Below are positions 17,681-27,500 of a DNA stretch of 64,000 nt, one piece after another. The position numbers and the translations under genes are program-made. How positions within the stretch are numbered: position 1 is the first letter of the stretch; each line of letters starts with the position of its first letter. The notes under the pieces were generated by a model. It ran no database searches and was not told where the DNA came from. It saw only the letters and a program-made list of their open reading frames with translations. The DNA is from an uncultured Eubacteriales bacterium (lineage in GTDB: Bacteria > Bacillota > Clostridia > Oscillospirales > CAG-382), in assembly GCA_934444645.1 (NCBI GenBank), contig CAKSCV010000011.1:2626-66625 (forward strand), in the 5' to 3' direction.

Positions 17681-18121
17681 TTACGAATACCTTACGCATA
17701 AACATATGATTTCCGTTTTGGGACGCAAACGCGTATCAATCCACGGAAGCCACGGCGTTTTCTCAAACGCAAAATTATCGGTTATATATTCTTCAAACGT
17801 GGCATCTACACCACGCTTGAAAAGATGATATCCTCTTCTCAGCTTCAGATGGTTGGAAAACATATAGGATGCGATTTTCCGTCGGTTCTCCTTTGTAATC
17901 TGCATGAGCGGATGCGTTAGCTCTTCCCTATTCGGATATAAAAATGCCGTATGGTCAACAGTCTTTCCTAAAGGGACAAAGAACTCAATATGTGTTTTCC
18001 CAACCATTTTTACTTCTATTTGACTTGCTTTATAAAAAATAAATCCGATAAAGGCTGCCAAACTTATAAGGATGACCGCGAATAGAATCAGTATCACACG
18101 AAAAACACGCTTTTTAACCAT
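17681..18121 (-). CDS. Hypothetical membrane-anchored protein (146 aa)
   Basis: N-terminal TM helix VFRVILILFAVILISLAAFIGFIFY. AT-rich. No recognisable domain. Confidence 0.5.
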   Translation of the reverse strand: MVKKRVFRVILILFAVILISLAAFIGFIFYKASQIEVKMVGKTHIEFFVPLGKTVDHTAFLYPNREELTHPLMQITKENRRKIASYMFSNHLKLRRGYHLFKRGVDATFEEYITDNFAFEKTPWLPWIDTRLRPKTEIICLCVRYS

Positions 18122-18296
18122 TTTCCCATCCCCATTCCGAAATCAGACGTCACTTTGGAAACCTTTCATTAACATAATAGCATAATTATGACACAAAGTC
18201 AAGCAGCTTGCTATCGAAAAATCTTAGGATTGTCTTAAGATTCTCTTTGATAAGTGCGAATGATCCATCTCCTTGCAAAAATTTCGCTGTCCCCTC

Positions 18297-18325
18297 TTGA
18301 ATTTTTCCGCATCTTATGGTAAAAT
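18297..18325 (+). promoter_or_regulatory. Sigma-70-like promoter for smpB-ssrA
   Basis: TTGAAT at 18297-18302, 17-bp spacer, extended -10 TGgTAAAAT ending at 18325. Confidence 0.55.
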
Positions 18326-18372
18326 ACTATTATATGAAAATCGAATGAAAAAATCCCGAAAGGAGGAGCATC

Positions 18373-18846
18373 ATGCCGGCTGAAAAAGAAAGCGTCAAAA
18401 TTGCCGCTCAAAACAAAAAAGCCTATCACGACTATTTCGTCGAAGATACCTATGAAGCCGGAATTGCCCTCTCCGGAACGGAAGTTAAAAGCATTCGTGC
18501 CGGTACGGTCAATATGAAGGACTCCTATTGCACTATCGAAGAAGGAGAACTTTTTGCCACCGGCATTCATATCAGTCCTTATGAAAAAGGCAATGTATTC
18601 AATAAAGATCCGCTTCGCGACCGCAAGCTTCTCATGCATAAACGTGAAATCTTAAAGCTATTCGGGCTTGTCGGCAAAGAAGGCTATACGCTTGTGCCGT
18701 TAAAGCTGTATTTTAAGGGTTCACGCGTTAAAGTGGAAGTGGGACTTTGCAAGGGTAAAAAGTTATATGATAAGCGCGATTCCCTTGCCAAAAAGGAAGC
18801 CGGACGCGATATTGAACGTGCCATGAAGGAAAGAAACCGCTATTAA
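18373..18846 (+). CDS. smpB: SsrA-binding protein SmpB
   Basis: Typical SmpB N-terminus [12 protein letters not shown]...[13 protein letters not shown]. 157 aa. The tmRNA gene lies directly downstream. Confidence 0.93.
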   Translation: MPAEKESVKIAAQNKKAYHDYFVEDTYEAGIALSGTEVKSIRAGTVNMKDSYCTIEEGELFATGIHISPYEKGNVFNKDPLRDRKLLMHKREILKLFGLVGKEGYTLVPLKLYFKGSRVKVEVGLCKGKKLYDKRDSLAKKEAGRDIERAMKERNRY

Positions 18847-18858
18847 AGCGAAAAATAT

Positions 18859-19208
18859 GGGGGCGTAAAGGTTTCGACGGGGATCTTGAACGACGGTAAG
18901 CGAGCAGAGGTGCGGAAGCTCTTAAAAACGCCGCAATTCTAAAATTAAACGCTAATAATACAGAATTAGTAGCTGCCTAACTTAGGCGGCCGTCATACCT
19001 GTGAGGACTGCGGCACGGGCTATGGCGTCAATCAGCAGTGAACGTGAACGTGTCAATGCTTTGAGGCACGGCATGAACTGATAAGCTACCGGTTATGTGA
19101 GCCTGACGGCCGGCGCGCATAATGGGGAATCCTATTGACCGCCTACGCTCGTAGAAAGCTGTGGGAATGGGTTTTCGGACAGGAGTTCGACTCTCCTCGC
19201 CTCCACCA
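18859..19208 (+). ncRNA. ssrA: Transfer-messenger RNA (tmRNA)
   Basis: 5' GGGGGCGTAAAGGTTTCGACGGGG acceptor/TLD start. Tag reading frame GCT AAT AAT ACA GAA TTA GTA GCT GCC TAA (ANNTELVAA). 3' T-arm GGAGTTCGACTCTCC followed by TCGCCTCCACCA. Confidence 0.92.
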
Positions 19209-19209
19209 C
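19197..19209 (+). repeat. attL-like direct repeat (tmRNA 3' end)
   Basis: TCGCCTCCACCAC, identical to 24318-24330. Confidence 0.65.
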
Positions 19210-19239
19210 TCATTATCAAGTAATTGATAAAATAACAGG

Positions 19240-19281
19240 AATACGCCTTATGGTATGCTTAGACTTACCATAAGGCGTATT
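19240..19281 (+). terminator. Stem-loop just downstream of ssrA (island-borne terminator)
   Basis: AATACGCCTTATGGTA / TACCATAAGGCGTATT, a perfect 16-bp stem. Confidence 0.5.
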
Positions 19282-19639
19282 GCTTTGTGATGGCAAGGAC
19301 AGCCATGCGCAGTGAAATATGCGAAAACTATGAAAATCGAGGCTAAGGCAGATGCGTACAGCTTTTGGCGACGATCGTCAATGGCTGTGTTTTTTTGAGC
19401 CTTTATGTTCCGAATAATGCGCGATTACGTTTTTTGCCTTGTGCTACACGGGTTTTCTCACGTGTTTTCTACGTGATTTGTGCGCGATTGGTACGTGCTT
19501 GGGATAAAAATAGGCACTGTATGTAGACAGGAGTTCAATGAGGGTAAATCATCGCGTAAAATTATCTTCCACAAATATATATTCTCTCCATAAGGCTTAC
19601 TGAAATCAGTAGGCCATTTTTTATTTTGGAGGAAAAACG

Positions 19640-20059
19640 ATGGACAAACGTAAGGACAATGGGATTTTACTTGTTCCCGGCGATGTGTTAAAATGTGAAA
19701 AAAAGGAGAATAATGTCAAAATTTCCGCTATGAAACATAGCTGTTTTTCTTCAAACATGGATTCTCGATCAAGCGCAGAGCTTGAAGCGGAGGCTGATAA
19801 CGTGAAAAAGGAAGCAGAACTGTATAATTCCGTTTACAAGGAAATCAGCGAGATCGTAGGCTTGGATGCCACGCTGAAAATATATCTGCGATTCAAAGGA
19901 CAACAGATATCTTTTCCCGTTCGGCTGTATAATCCAAACATGATTCAGCAAAAAGTTGTCAAGGAATTCGACGGAACCAATATACGAGAGTTGGCGAAAA
20001 AATACGATTACTCTGAAAAAACTGTAAGGCGGATGATCAAGGATAGCTTGGAAGAGTAA
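19640..20059 (+). CDS. Mor-family-like phage transcriptional activator (HTH)
   Basis: C-terminal pattern ...GQQISFPV...FDGTNIRELAKKYDYSEKTVRRMIK is typical of Mor/CD3324-type proteins. RBS GGAGGA. Confidence 0.6.
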   Translation: MDKRKDNGILLVPGDVLKCEKKENNVKISAMKHSCFSSNMDSRSSAELEAEADNVKKEAELYNSVYKEISEIVGLDATLKIYLRFKGQQISFPVRLYNPNMIQQKVVKEFDGTNIRELAKKYDYSEKTVRRMIKDSLEE

Positions 20060-20100
20060 AAGATCAAAGCAATTCATTATATAATAACGAAAAGGAGCAT

Positions 20101-21342
20101 ATGAAAATGGGATTATTGGACAAATTCAAAGACACCGTCTCCGCCGTTGCGGAAAAAGCCAAAGAAACGGTTGACACAGCCAAAGCCGCCTATGAGCAGA
20201 AAAAAGCCGAAGAAGCGCAGCATAAAACGGAAATGGAGGCGCTTGCGGCCGGCAAGGCAAATGAAATCGTATCTTCCATAAAGGCATATGAAAATGATGG
20301 AAGCTTTTTCAAAAATACCACCAAAGAAGAACTGTTAAAATTCACCAAAGAATTCTATGACAAGATACTGATGCCGGCAAACAGCGTAAGCAAAAGCAAA
20401 ATTCAAATGTATCCCTACATTGAGGATAAGCAAATTTCAAAATTTGCACAAATATGGGCTGACTATAACCCATCCGAAACTGCGCTTGTATACTTAAAAG
20501 CCGAAAACAAACAGGAGATCGTCATTACAACTTCTTGCCTGTATTTTTCATTGGCTCTTGCAGAAGATACAAGATTCTTTGTAAAAGGTGCAATATCTTG
20601 TGATGAAGTAAGTAAGTTTTCAACGGTTAATAACAATACGTCTTTTGAGTTCAAATGTGATGAATATACACTTGCTTCCTTTACCGCCGACAAAACGACA
20701 AAGGAAGATTTCATAACGCTGGATACGTATTTTTCCGCCATTATGAATCACGATTTTGTCATTACCGACGAAGAAGTAGATAAACTGATACGGCAGAAAA
20801 TCGGTGAAAAAATATATGCCGAAGTAAAAAAATATATGGTTTATGACGATGAACTGCTTGTTTATTTTGCTTGGGGACTGGATTCATTATCTGCAAAGGA
20901 TTACATTGTATGTACCAACAAGCAGATAATCCGAATGGACAGAGAAATGTTCGGTGCTACTGCGAATATCAAGCAATTCTACTATGAAGACATTGTATCC
21001 GTAAGCACAGAGCAAAATGCAAAAAGCAATGATTTAACGGGTGCACTTATCGAAACTGCCCTTACAGCGGCTACCAAAACATGTGACCTTGTGATCACGA
21101 CCGCCGGTGCAGGACTTAGAATCAATACACTTTTCAAAGTAGAGGCAGAACGAGTCGTAGCCGTTTACCATCATTACAGAAAAGAAATACAAACGGCCTC
21201 TTCGCAACCGCAAGTCGTGGTTCAGCAACAAACTGCAGATCCCTTGGAACAGCTCGAAAAGCTTTCAAAAATGAAAGAAATGGGTATTCTTTCCGAGGAA
21301 GAATTCAACGAAAAGAAAGCGGCGCTGCTCTCGAAAATATAA
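20101..21342 (+). CDS. Coiled-coil / bacterial PH-like domain protein with a C-terminal SHOCT domain
   Basis: C-terminus LEQLEKLSKMKEMGILSEEEFNEKKAALLSKI matches the SHOCT pattern. The start may instead be the ATG at 20107. Confidence 0.6.
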   Translation: MKMGLLDKFKDTVSAVAEKAKETVDTAKAAYEQKKAEEAQHKTEMEALAAGKANEIVSSIKAYENDGSFFKNTTKEELLKFTKEFYDKILMPANSVSKSKIQMYPYIEDKQISKFAQIWADYNPSETALVYLKAENKQEIVITTSCLYFSLALAEDTRFFVKGAISCDEVSKFSTVNNNTSFEFKCDEYTLASFTADKTTKEDFITLDTYFSAIMNHDFVITDEEVDKLIRQKIGEKIYAEVKKYMVYDDELLVYFAWGLDSLSAKDYIVCTNKQIIRMDREMFGATANIKQFYYEDIVSVSTEQNAKSNDLTGALIETALTAATKTCDLVITTAGAGLRINTLFKVEAERVVAVYHHYRKEIQTASSQPQVVVQQQTADPLEQLEKLSKMKEMGILSEEEFNEKKAALLSKI

Positions 21343-21353
21343 ATAACGCGCAT

Positions 21354-21390
21354 CCCCCTGCCTTAGCCAAAGACAGGGGGACGATTTTTT
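21354..21390 (+). terminator. Rho-independent terminator
   Basis: CCCCCTG / CAGGGGG stem followed by a T-run. Confidence 0.6.
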
Positions 21391-21531
21391 GATAGAATTA
21401 TTTCGCATAAACGTAAAGCGGACAAACAAAAATTCCAAAGGAAACAGATGTCTGTGGAGATAGGCGGTTGTTTTCTCTTTACTCACACGTGCCATTTGAT
21501 CTTGTATCTTTCCTAACGTTGAATCACTGCA

Positions 21532-22689
21532 TCAGTAGAAAGATGCATCACAGGTTATCATTTCAAATTTCAAATCCGTGCCGTCCGAAGTTAAGCCAAG
21601 GAAAATCAAATAGGGCACTACGCTTGCGTTGACTGCAATATTAGGGGAGTAGATATCGTCTCTCACATCAAATATATAGATGTGTGGCTCGGAAGAATAG
21701 AGCGAATACATTGGGTATCCATCTCCCGATAATCCTAAGTTATACAACTTAAAACTATCGGGGACGAGTCTGTCAGGATCGCGTTTATATATCAAATGTC
21801 TTCCATTCTCGTCATATTTTTCAGCACCATCGTTATTACTGCATTCGCGACCCTGCTCATCGTAGCCAGTTCCGTTGCAATAGGGACATATAAAGTAGTC
21901 ATACAAGTTTTCACAGAATACAAAGTGCTGTCCAACATAATTGTTGGGGTATCTTAAAAGTTCGTCAGTATCTACATAGTTAACGGTAGTTTCAGAGATA
22001 GTAGAACACCAAACCAAAGGAATGCAACTATCCCGGAATTCCTGTTCCGTCATACCGAGGCTGGCTAAAATTCCGCTGGACTTGGAAGTGTCATAAGTTG
22101 GTTTTTGCGATGTATCGCCTGTGCCTTCCTCTCCATACAATGCATCATATTCATCCTGTGTATAAAAAAGATCGTCAAAAGCATTGGGATTGCTTACAAG
22201 ACTGTCACTTGTATCATAGAATCCCCACACTTCCGGGCTATCCGTAACATTATACTTTACGTTGCTAACGGTAAAAAAGATTACCGAGTCGGTCAAAATA
22301 AAACTCACGTCCCCGGAATGTCCCCAATCGTCATTATCAAAGCTTAAATCCACCTGATTGCCGGTTAAATCGTCAAGGCTGATTTCCATCATGGCTGTTG
22401 CGGTTCTACTCTGAGGAGCTGCCTGAACCAAATGAAACTCAAAAGTGGCCTTGTTTGCACTTTCGTCAACATTGATAGCAAGCACATAGCCGCCTGTATC
22501 CCAGTCAATGTATTCTGTTGCCCAATATGTAACAGAGGAATCATAATCAGATAGGTTAAATACCCCGGAAGCATCCTTATCTTGTTTATTCAAAGCGGTC
22601 AAGCTTGCGCTGTCCTGCGCTTTATTTCCGCTACTGCACCCGGTTAGTAAAAATGTCAATGCCAAAAGCAAAGCAAATACTTTTTTCAT
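21532..22689 (-). CDS. Lipoprotein of unknown function (385 aa)
   Basis: Lipobox signal peptide MKKVFALLLALTFLLTGCSS. One DnaJ-like CxxCxGxG motif (CPYCNGTG). Confidence 0.7.
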   Translation of the reverse strand: MKKVFALLLALTFLLTGCSSGNKAQDSASLTALNKQDKDASGVFNLSDYDSSVTYWATEYIDWDTGGYVLAINVDESANKATFEFHLVQAAPQSRTATAMMEISLDDLTGNQVDLSFDNDDWGHSGDVSFILTDSVIFFTVSNVKYNVTDSPEVWGFYDTSDSLVSNPNAFDDLFYTQDEYDALYGEEGTGDTSQKPTYDTSKSSGILASLGMTEQEFRDSCIPLVWCSTISETTVNYVDTDELLRYPNNYVGQHFVFCENLYDYFICPYCNGTGYDEQGRECSNNDGAEKYDENGRHLIYKRDPDRLVPDSFKLYNLGLSGDGYPMYSLYSSEPHIYIFDVRDDIYSPNIAVNASVVPYLIFLGLTSDGTDLKFEMITCDASFY

Positions 22690-23136
22690 GTCTTTTCCCC
22701 TTTCCCGTCCGCCGCATTTATGACAATACTGCCGGTGTGAATCTTTGCAGCTTTAATCTTGGGTTCTTTTTTCTTGGACACCGGTTATCTTCCCTTCGCC
22801 CGCCAAATTTATCGCGTACTTAGAAAGCTCATTTTTCCCTATTTTTCTTGATATGCGTGCCTAATTTCCGGTGTTCCGACGTTTTCACTGCCATTTGCAT
22901 CACCTATTAAATAAGTATAGCAGGTGTTAATGCGCAAGTAAAATCCCGTTGTCCTTGCATTTGTCCGATCAGTTGAAACTATCTGAAAAGCGCACAAAAT
23001 TTCTGTACTGTAAAGCGTTTCAAACGGCACAATCATCTCTTAAAGTCCACAAAAACACCAACAAATAATTATACATATACTGGACGGATAAAAAGTCCGT
23101 ATTTTCCAACAAATAAATATAAAAGAGGACATATAA

Positions 23137-24098
23137 ATGTCTGTAAAAAACATTGAAGAAATCAAAAACAAGCTTGCAAGTATCTCCAAAATCACCGAGG
23201 GCAACACGGTAAGCGGGTCATCCAAAATATCGTTAACTGTCGTCTATAACAGAAACGGCGTGCCTTTGAGAAGTGCGCGGTTATCTACTTAAGATACTCC
23301 ACACATAATCAAACCGACCTATCGATCGAATATCAGCGTGAAATAACAGAAAAGTACTGTGCAGACAAGGGGTATACGGTTGTAAAACACTTTATTGATG
23401 AAGCGAAAAGCGGTACCACAGACAAGCGCGATTCGTTTCAAGCTGAAGCTCTGTTCAACCGCGTACAGGATAAAATGAACGATAACCGCAAAAGCAATCT
23501 TCGTTCCGGCGGTAAACGCCACTATATGTTAGGCGGTATGAGCAAAATCTACTGTGCTGAATGCGGTTCCGCGATGGTTGGAGCGGCCAATAAAAGCCAC
23601 GGTAAAACACACCGCTATTATGTTTGTCCTAAACACAAACAAAAGAGCTGTAAACTCAAAAATCTCAGAGCGGACTATCTTGAAAAGCTTCTCTGTGTTA
23701 CCATCGTTAATAAAACCGTTAACACGAATAACTACACGCAATATAACGCTCTGCTTAAAGAATTGGCAGGTAAGAACCCTGACAAGGGAATTTGTAGGGA
23801 GCTTGCCGGTGTTAAGAAAGCGATCGACAACATCCTAAAAGTTCTCGAAACGCATCCGACCGATGAGGCAATGGAGCATTTTTCTTCCCTGACTGCCAAA
23901 AAAGATGCTTTGAAAAGCAGATTGGATGCTGTAAACAATGTTCCGCAAATAACGCCGGATAATCTTAAAAATCTCAGGATACAGCTTGTGAAGGAGCTCA
24001 AAAATTCGTCAGACCCACTTGCCTATGACATTATAGACAAAATAGTCAAACGCGTTACGGTTGGCAAAGACAATATAGAAATAGAACTGTATCTGTGA
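23137..24098 (+). pseudogene. Decayed large serine recombinase (frameshifted N-terminus, internal deletion)
   Basis: Frame open from 23250 encodes the resolvase catalytic region AVIYLRYSTHNQ...DEAKSGTTDKRDSFQ but has no start codon. An ATG with RBS at 23137 is in another frame. The reading frame joins directly to the zinc-ribbon/coiled-coil C-terminal part (YCAECGSAMVG...YYVCPKHKQKSC), so most of the resolvase and recombinase domains are missing. Confidence 0.6.
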
Positions 24099-24317
24099 CG
24101 TTTCCCTCATCGCACAGGACGCGAAAACGCAAGGTCGTGCGGAGTTGCAGCTTAACATTTTCCAACCCGTCATCGTTATGGATGGGGCATACTGTAAAGA
24201 AAAACCGACATCCTGTATGAGAATTTTCTCAATGACTATAGTCGTTGTTACGGCTATTGCGATGGGATAGTTAAGGATGTCCATATGCGTTTCGACTTGA
24301 AAGATGCGGGTTACGCA

Positions 24318-24330
24318 TCGCCTCCACCAC
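24318..24330 (+). repeat. attR-like direct repeat copy of the tmRNA 3' end
   Basis: TCGCCTCCACCAC, identical to 19197-19209, located 220 bp beyond the recombinase remnant. Confidence 0.65.
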
Positions 24331-24480
24331 AGTTGACTTAAACGTACACGCTCGTTCCAAAACGAGGCTGTTTCGTGTACACGTTTCAACTCAACAAAAA
24401 GATGATACGAAAGTGTCGTCTTTTTTATTTGCTTCGAAACCGTAAAAATTTGCGGATAAGGGCGCGGATAAGGGCACAGC

Positions 24481-24536
24481 AAAAAAACACAGCAGCTAAG
24501 CGAATTGAAAACCGTTCAGCTGCTGTGCTTTTTTTA
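24481..24536. terminator. Bidirectional stem-loop terminator
   Basis: ACACAGCAGCT / CAGCTGCTGTG stem flanked by an A-run and a T-run. It closes the minus-strand SLH gene. Confidence 0.65.
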
Positions 24537-24543
24537 TTTGTCG

Positions 24544-27500
24544 TTATTCGTCGATACGTGTCATGGTGATATTATCAAGTTGATAGTTAACGCCGGCATT
24601 GCCGATCGGATTCGTGAACACGGAAAATTCGTCGTTAACGTTGTCGCAGGATTTCTCCACCGTTAACTCAGCGGAAAAATGCTGCCATTCGTCCTTATCG
24701 CTCATTCTGAGCACGCCGATATTTTTGGGATGGTCACGTTTATCGCTGCCGTCGTACATGAAATTGACAAAAATACCGGTTTCAAGGCCGGCGGTGAATT
24801 CGCCCGTGTTGGTGCCGGTCATACGTGCATCAAATTCAACCCGGTACGTTGCACCCGGAGTGAACTTCACCTTCTGTATGCAATAGGTCCAAACCTTTCC
24901 GGCGCCGTTTGCCTTGACATTATAGCAAGGATTGCCGTTCAGCGCTTTGACAATGGTTACCTTTGCATTCACCGAATGCATCGGATTATACATTTGCATG
25001 GAGGCGTCGCCGTTGGCAATGGTGTCGTCGAGGTTTGCTTCGCGCTCTGCTGCTGCTTTTTCGGCTTCCTCGGCACCCTCTGCTTTTTCAAAGCGGATAT
25101 AGTCGATTTCGAACGTGCCCGTTGCATTAAACGGGTCAAATCGAATGCCTGTTATTTCGCCGTCCCATTGGAGATGCTCCTGCATGTTGAATTTGAATTC
25201 CACAAATTCACCGTTGCTGGAGGTCGGCAAGTCTTTGATTGCAACCGTTCGGAATTCCGAAAGACCGGCGTTCGCTTTTCGGAAGTAGATAACGGCGAGA
25301 TCCTTCTTATCCGTATTATTTCTGTCCCACTTCATGCGAATCGCTATTGTCGGATATGTTTCCGCCTTCACCGACAGACTCGGAGAGATAACGGCCGGGT
25401 CGTTTCCGGTGGAAATGCCCTTCAAGACGCCGCCTTCCACAGTAATTGTGCCGTTTTGCGGAGTCCAATCCTCCGTGTCGCCGAGGAGTTCAAATTCATA
25501 TTGATACGGCTTGCGTTTTTTGAGAATATCGTAATCGGAGGCGCTGCCAAGCATAATACTGACGCCGCTGCCGTCCTCATGGGTCACCGGGAAGTAACCG
25601 AGGGAGGTGGCAAGTGTATCGAGCGGAAGCACGGGCAGACCGTCGTACCAATAGGTTGCGGCATATAGCTTCTTTTCAGAGCCGTCCACCGTCATGGTAT
25701 CCTTGCCGATGACAAAGGAAACGGTGTGCTTGGCGTTGGAAACCGTCAGCGTTTGCGTGCGTTTGTTCCATGTGTAGGTACACATCATGCGCGAGAAAAT
25801 GCCGCTTTCGGGGTAAACCGGAACCATAAGGCCGCCGTTCGTGCGGTCCGGCTCTTTGATAAGCGCAAGTTCGCTGCCGCTGATGTCCACCGTAAACGGT
25901 TTATTTTCTTCGTCCGTTTGTTGTTTTTCAGCAAGCATCTGCGGGCGGAGAAGCTGTCTGTCCTGTCCGAACAAATAATTGATTCGCTGTCTTTGCGAAG
26001 CACTCAGCGTCAAATCACTGTGTATTGCCGTACCGGTCTTGGTAAATGCCGCGCGGATGGCATCGAGATAGCCGAAGCCGAAACGCTCGGTCGGCATGAC
26101 ATACGTGCCCTCGCCGTATTCGTTCCAGGTGGAAATGTTGACCATGTTGGCGTATTTGCCGCCGGTCTTCTGACGTTCGGCAAGTGCCTTTTTGACGATT
26201 TCGGTCATGGCCGGGTAATCCTTCGGGTCAAGAAGGCCGTTTCTCCGTTCGCTTCTGCCCCATCCGACATAGTCAAAGCCGACACTGATGGTTGGAACGG
26301 TATAGTCAAGCGCACTGTATGCCGTTAGGTGCTTTTCTTGAGCGGCTGCGTTTGAACCATCCGTACCCCAATGATACGCAAGCAGTCCGTCGATTCCGTT
26401 TGCCTTCATGCTTTCTTCGAATGCCGGATCGGAGTTTCCGCTGTAAAGAAGAATTTCGCAGCCGTCAAAGCCTGCCTTGCGGCACTCTTCGCGGACATAA
26501 TCAAAGGCTTCCTTGGCAGAAACATCCTTGAATTTATTATCCAGCTGCCAGACGGTTAACAGCGGTTTATTGTCGATTTTTACATACCGCTCATCCTTAA
26601 AGAAGTACTCCATCCAATACGGAACGGTATACTTCTTGAAATCCTCAAAGGAAAGACCGTTTACCGACGAATTTTCCCACATAATGGCAAATTTCAGCTT
26701 ATCGCTGTAACGAGCATTGAAATAGCCGTCGATAATCGCCTGATTCATGGCAGTGCTTTGGATAGGCTTTGTATCATTGCCGTTGGGATACCAGCAGAAA
26801 ATTTCGTAGTCAATGCCATGCTCTGCCATCATTTTGATTTCCCAGTCGGAAACCTCCGGCGAGCCTTCGTCATAGTAGCCCAAAACCGGCGTGATTTCAG
26901 GATATGCCGTGATTTCCTCCCAGCCGTAGTGCGTGCCTTCACGCCACAGCGGGCATACATTTATGCCGATAAAATAATCGGATTCGGGAATCTTCGGCTC
27001 CGGAACATAATCTTCCGGATACGGGAGCTTGATAAAGGCCGAGATCGTATCAACGTACATAACAGCCTCGGTATGCGGCGCGAATGTGAAGCGATAGCCG
27101 TCAAGAAAAGCGGCGGCAGCGGCAAAGGCATATGTTCCGACCGGCTTGCCGTTGATCTTAACCAGTGCTTTGCCGGTGACCGTGTCCGCTTCAAAACGGA
27201 CAATTGTCCAAAGATTTTCCGTTACATAAGTAACAACGCTGCCGTCAGGAGCAAGAAAGCTTCCATCTTTTGTAACAAGGCTGAAAACAGTCGAATCGCC
27301 GCTTGTTAAAGCAATCTCTGCGCCGTTTATCTCGTTCGGAAGAAGAATATAGCTTTCGAAAACCACCGTGCCGCTTGCCTTTTCAAAATGTGAAGCGATC
27401 CCGGTTTTACCGGCGGCATTTGAATTTAAGGCAACCGTTCCGCCGCCGCTTCTTTCGGTGTAAAGGTTTTCTTTCGAAACGCGTCCTCCGTCGGCAAGCA

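Larger units (their letters stand above)
19210..24330. mobile_element. Degraded genomic island or prophage remnant integrated at the ssrA 3' end (about 5.1 kb)
   Basis: Bounded by the 13-bp direct repeat TCGCCTCCACCAC. Visibly lower GC than the flanks. Carries a Mor-like regulator, a PH/SHOCT protein, a lipoprotein and a decayed serine recombinase. Confidence 0.7.

Noticed and set aside
19531-19541. An 11-nt match (GACAGGAGTTC) to the tmRNA T-arm lies 330 bp downstream of ssrA and could be a second att site.
   Set aside because: An 11-mer match is only marginally significant (about 0.03 expected by chance on either strand) and the match does not extend. I mention it as a possible older scar but do not annotate it as a feature.
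24009-24482. A 157-aa minus-strand ORF overlaps the 3' end of the recombinase remnant and the island boundary.
   Set aside because: It has no RBS and no motif, overlaps a better-supported frame, and crosses the attR-like repeat. It is probably spurious.
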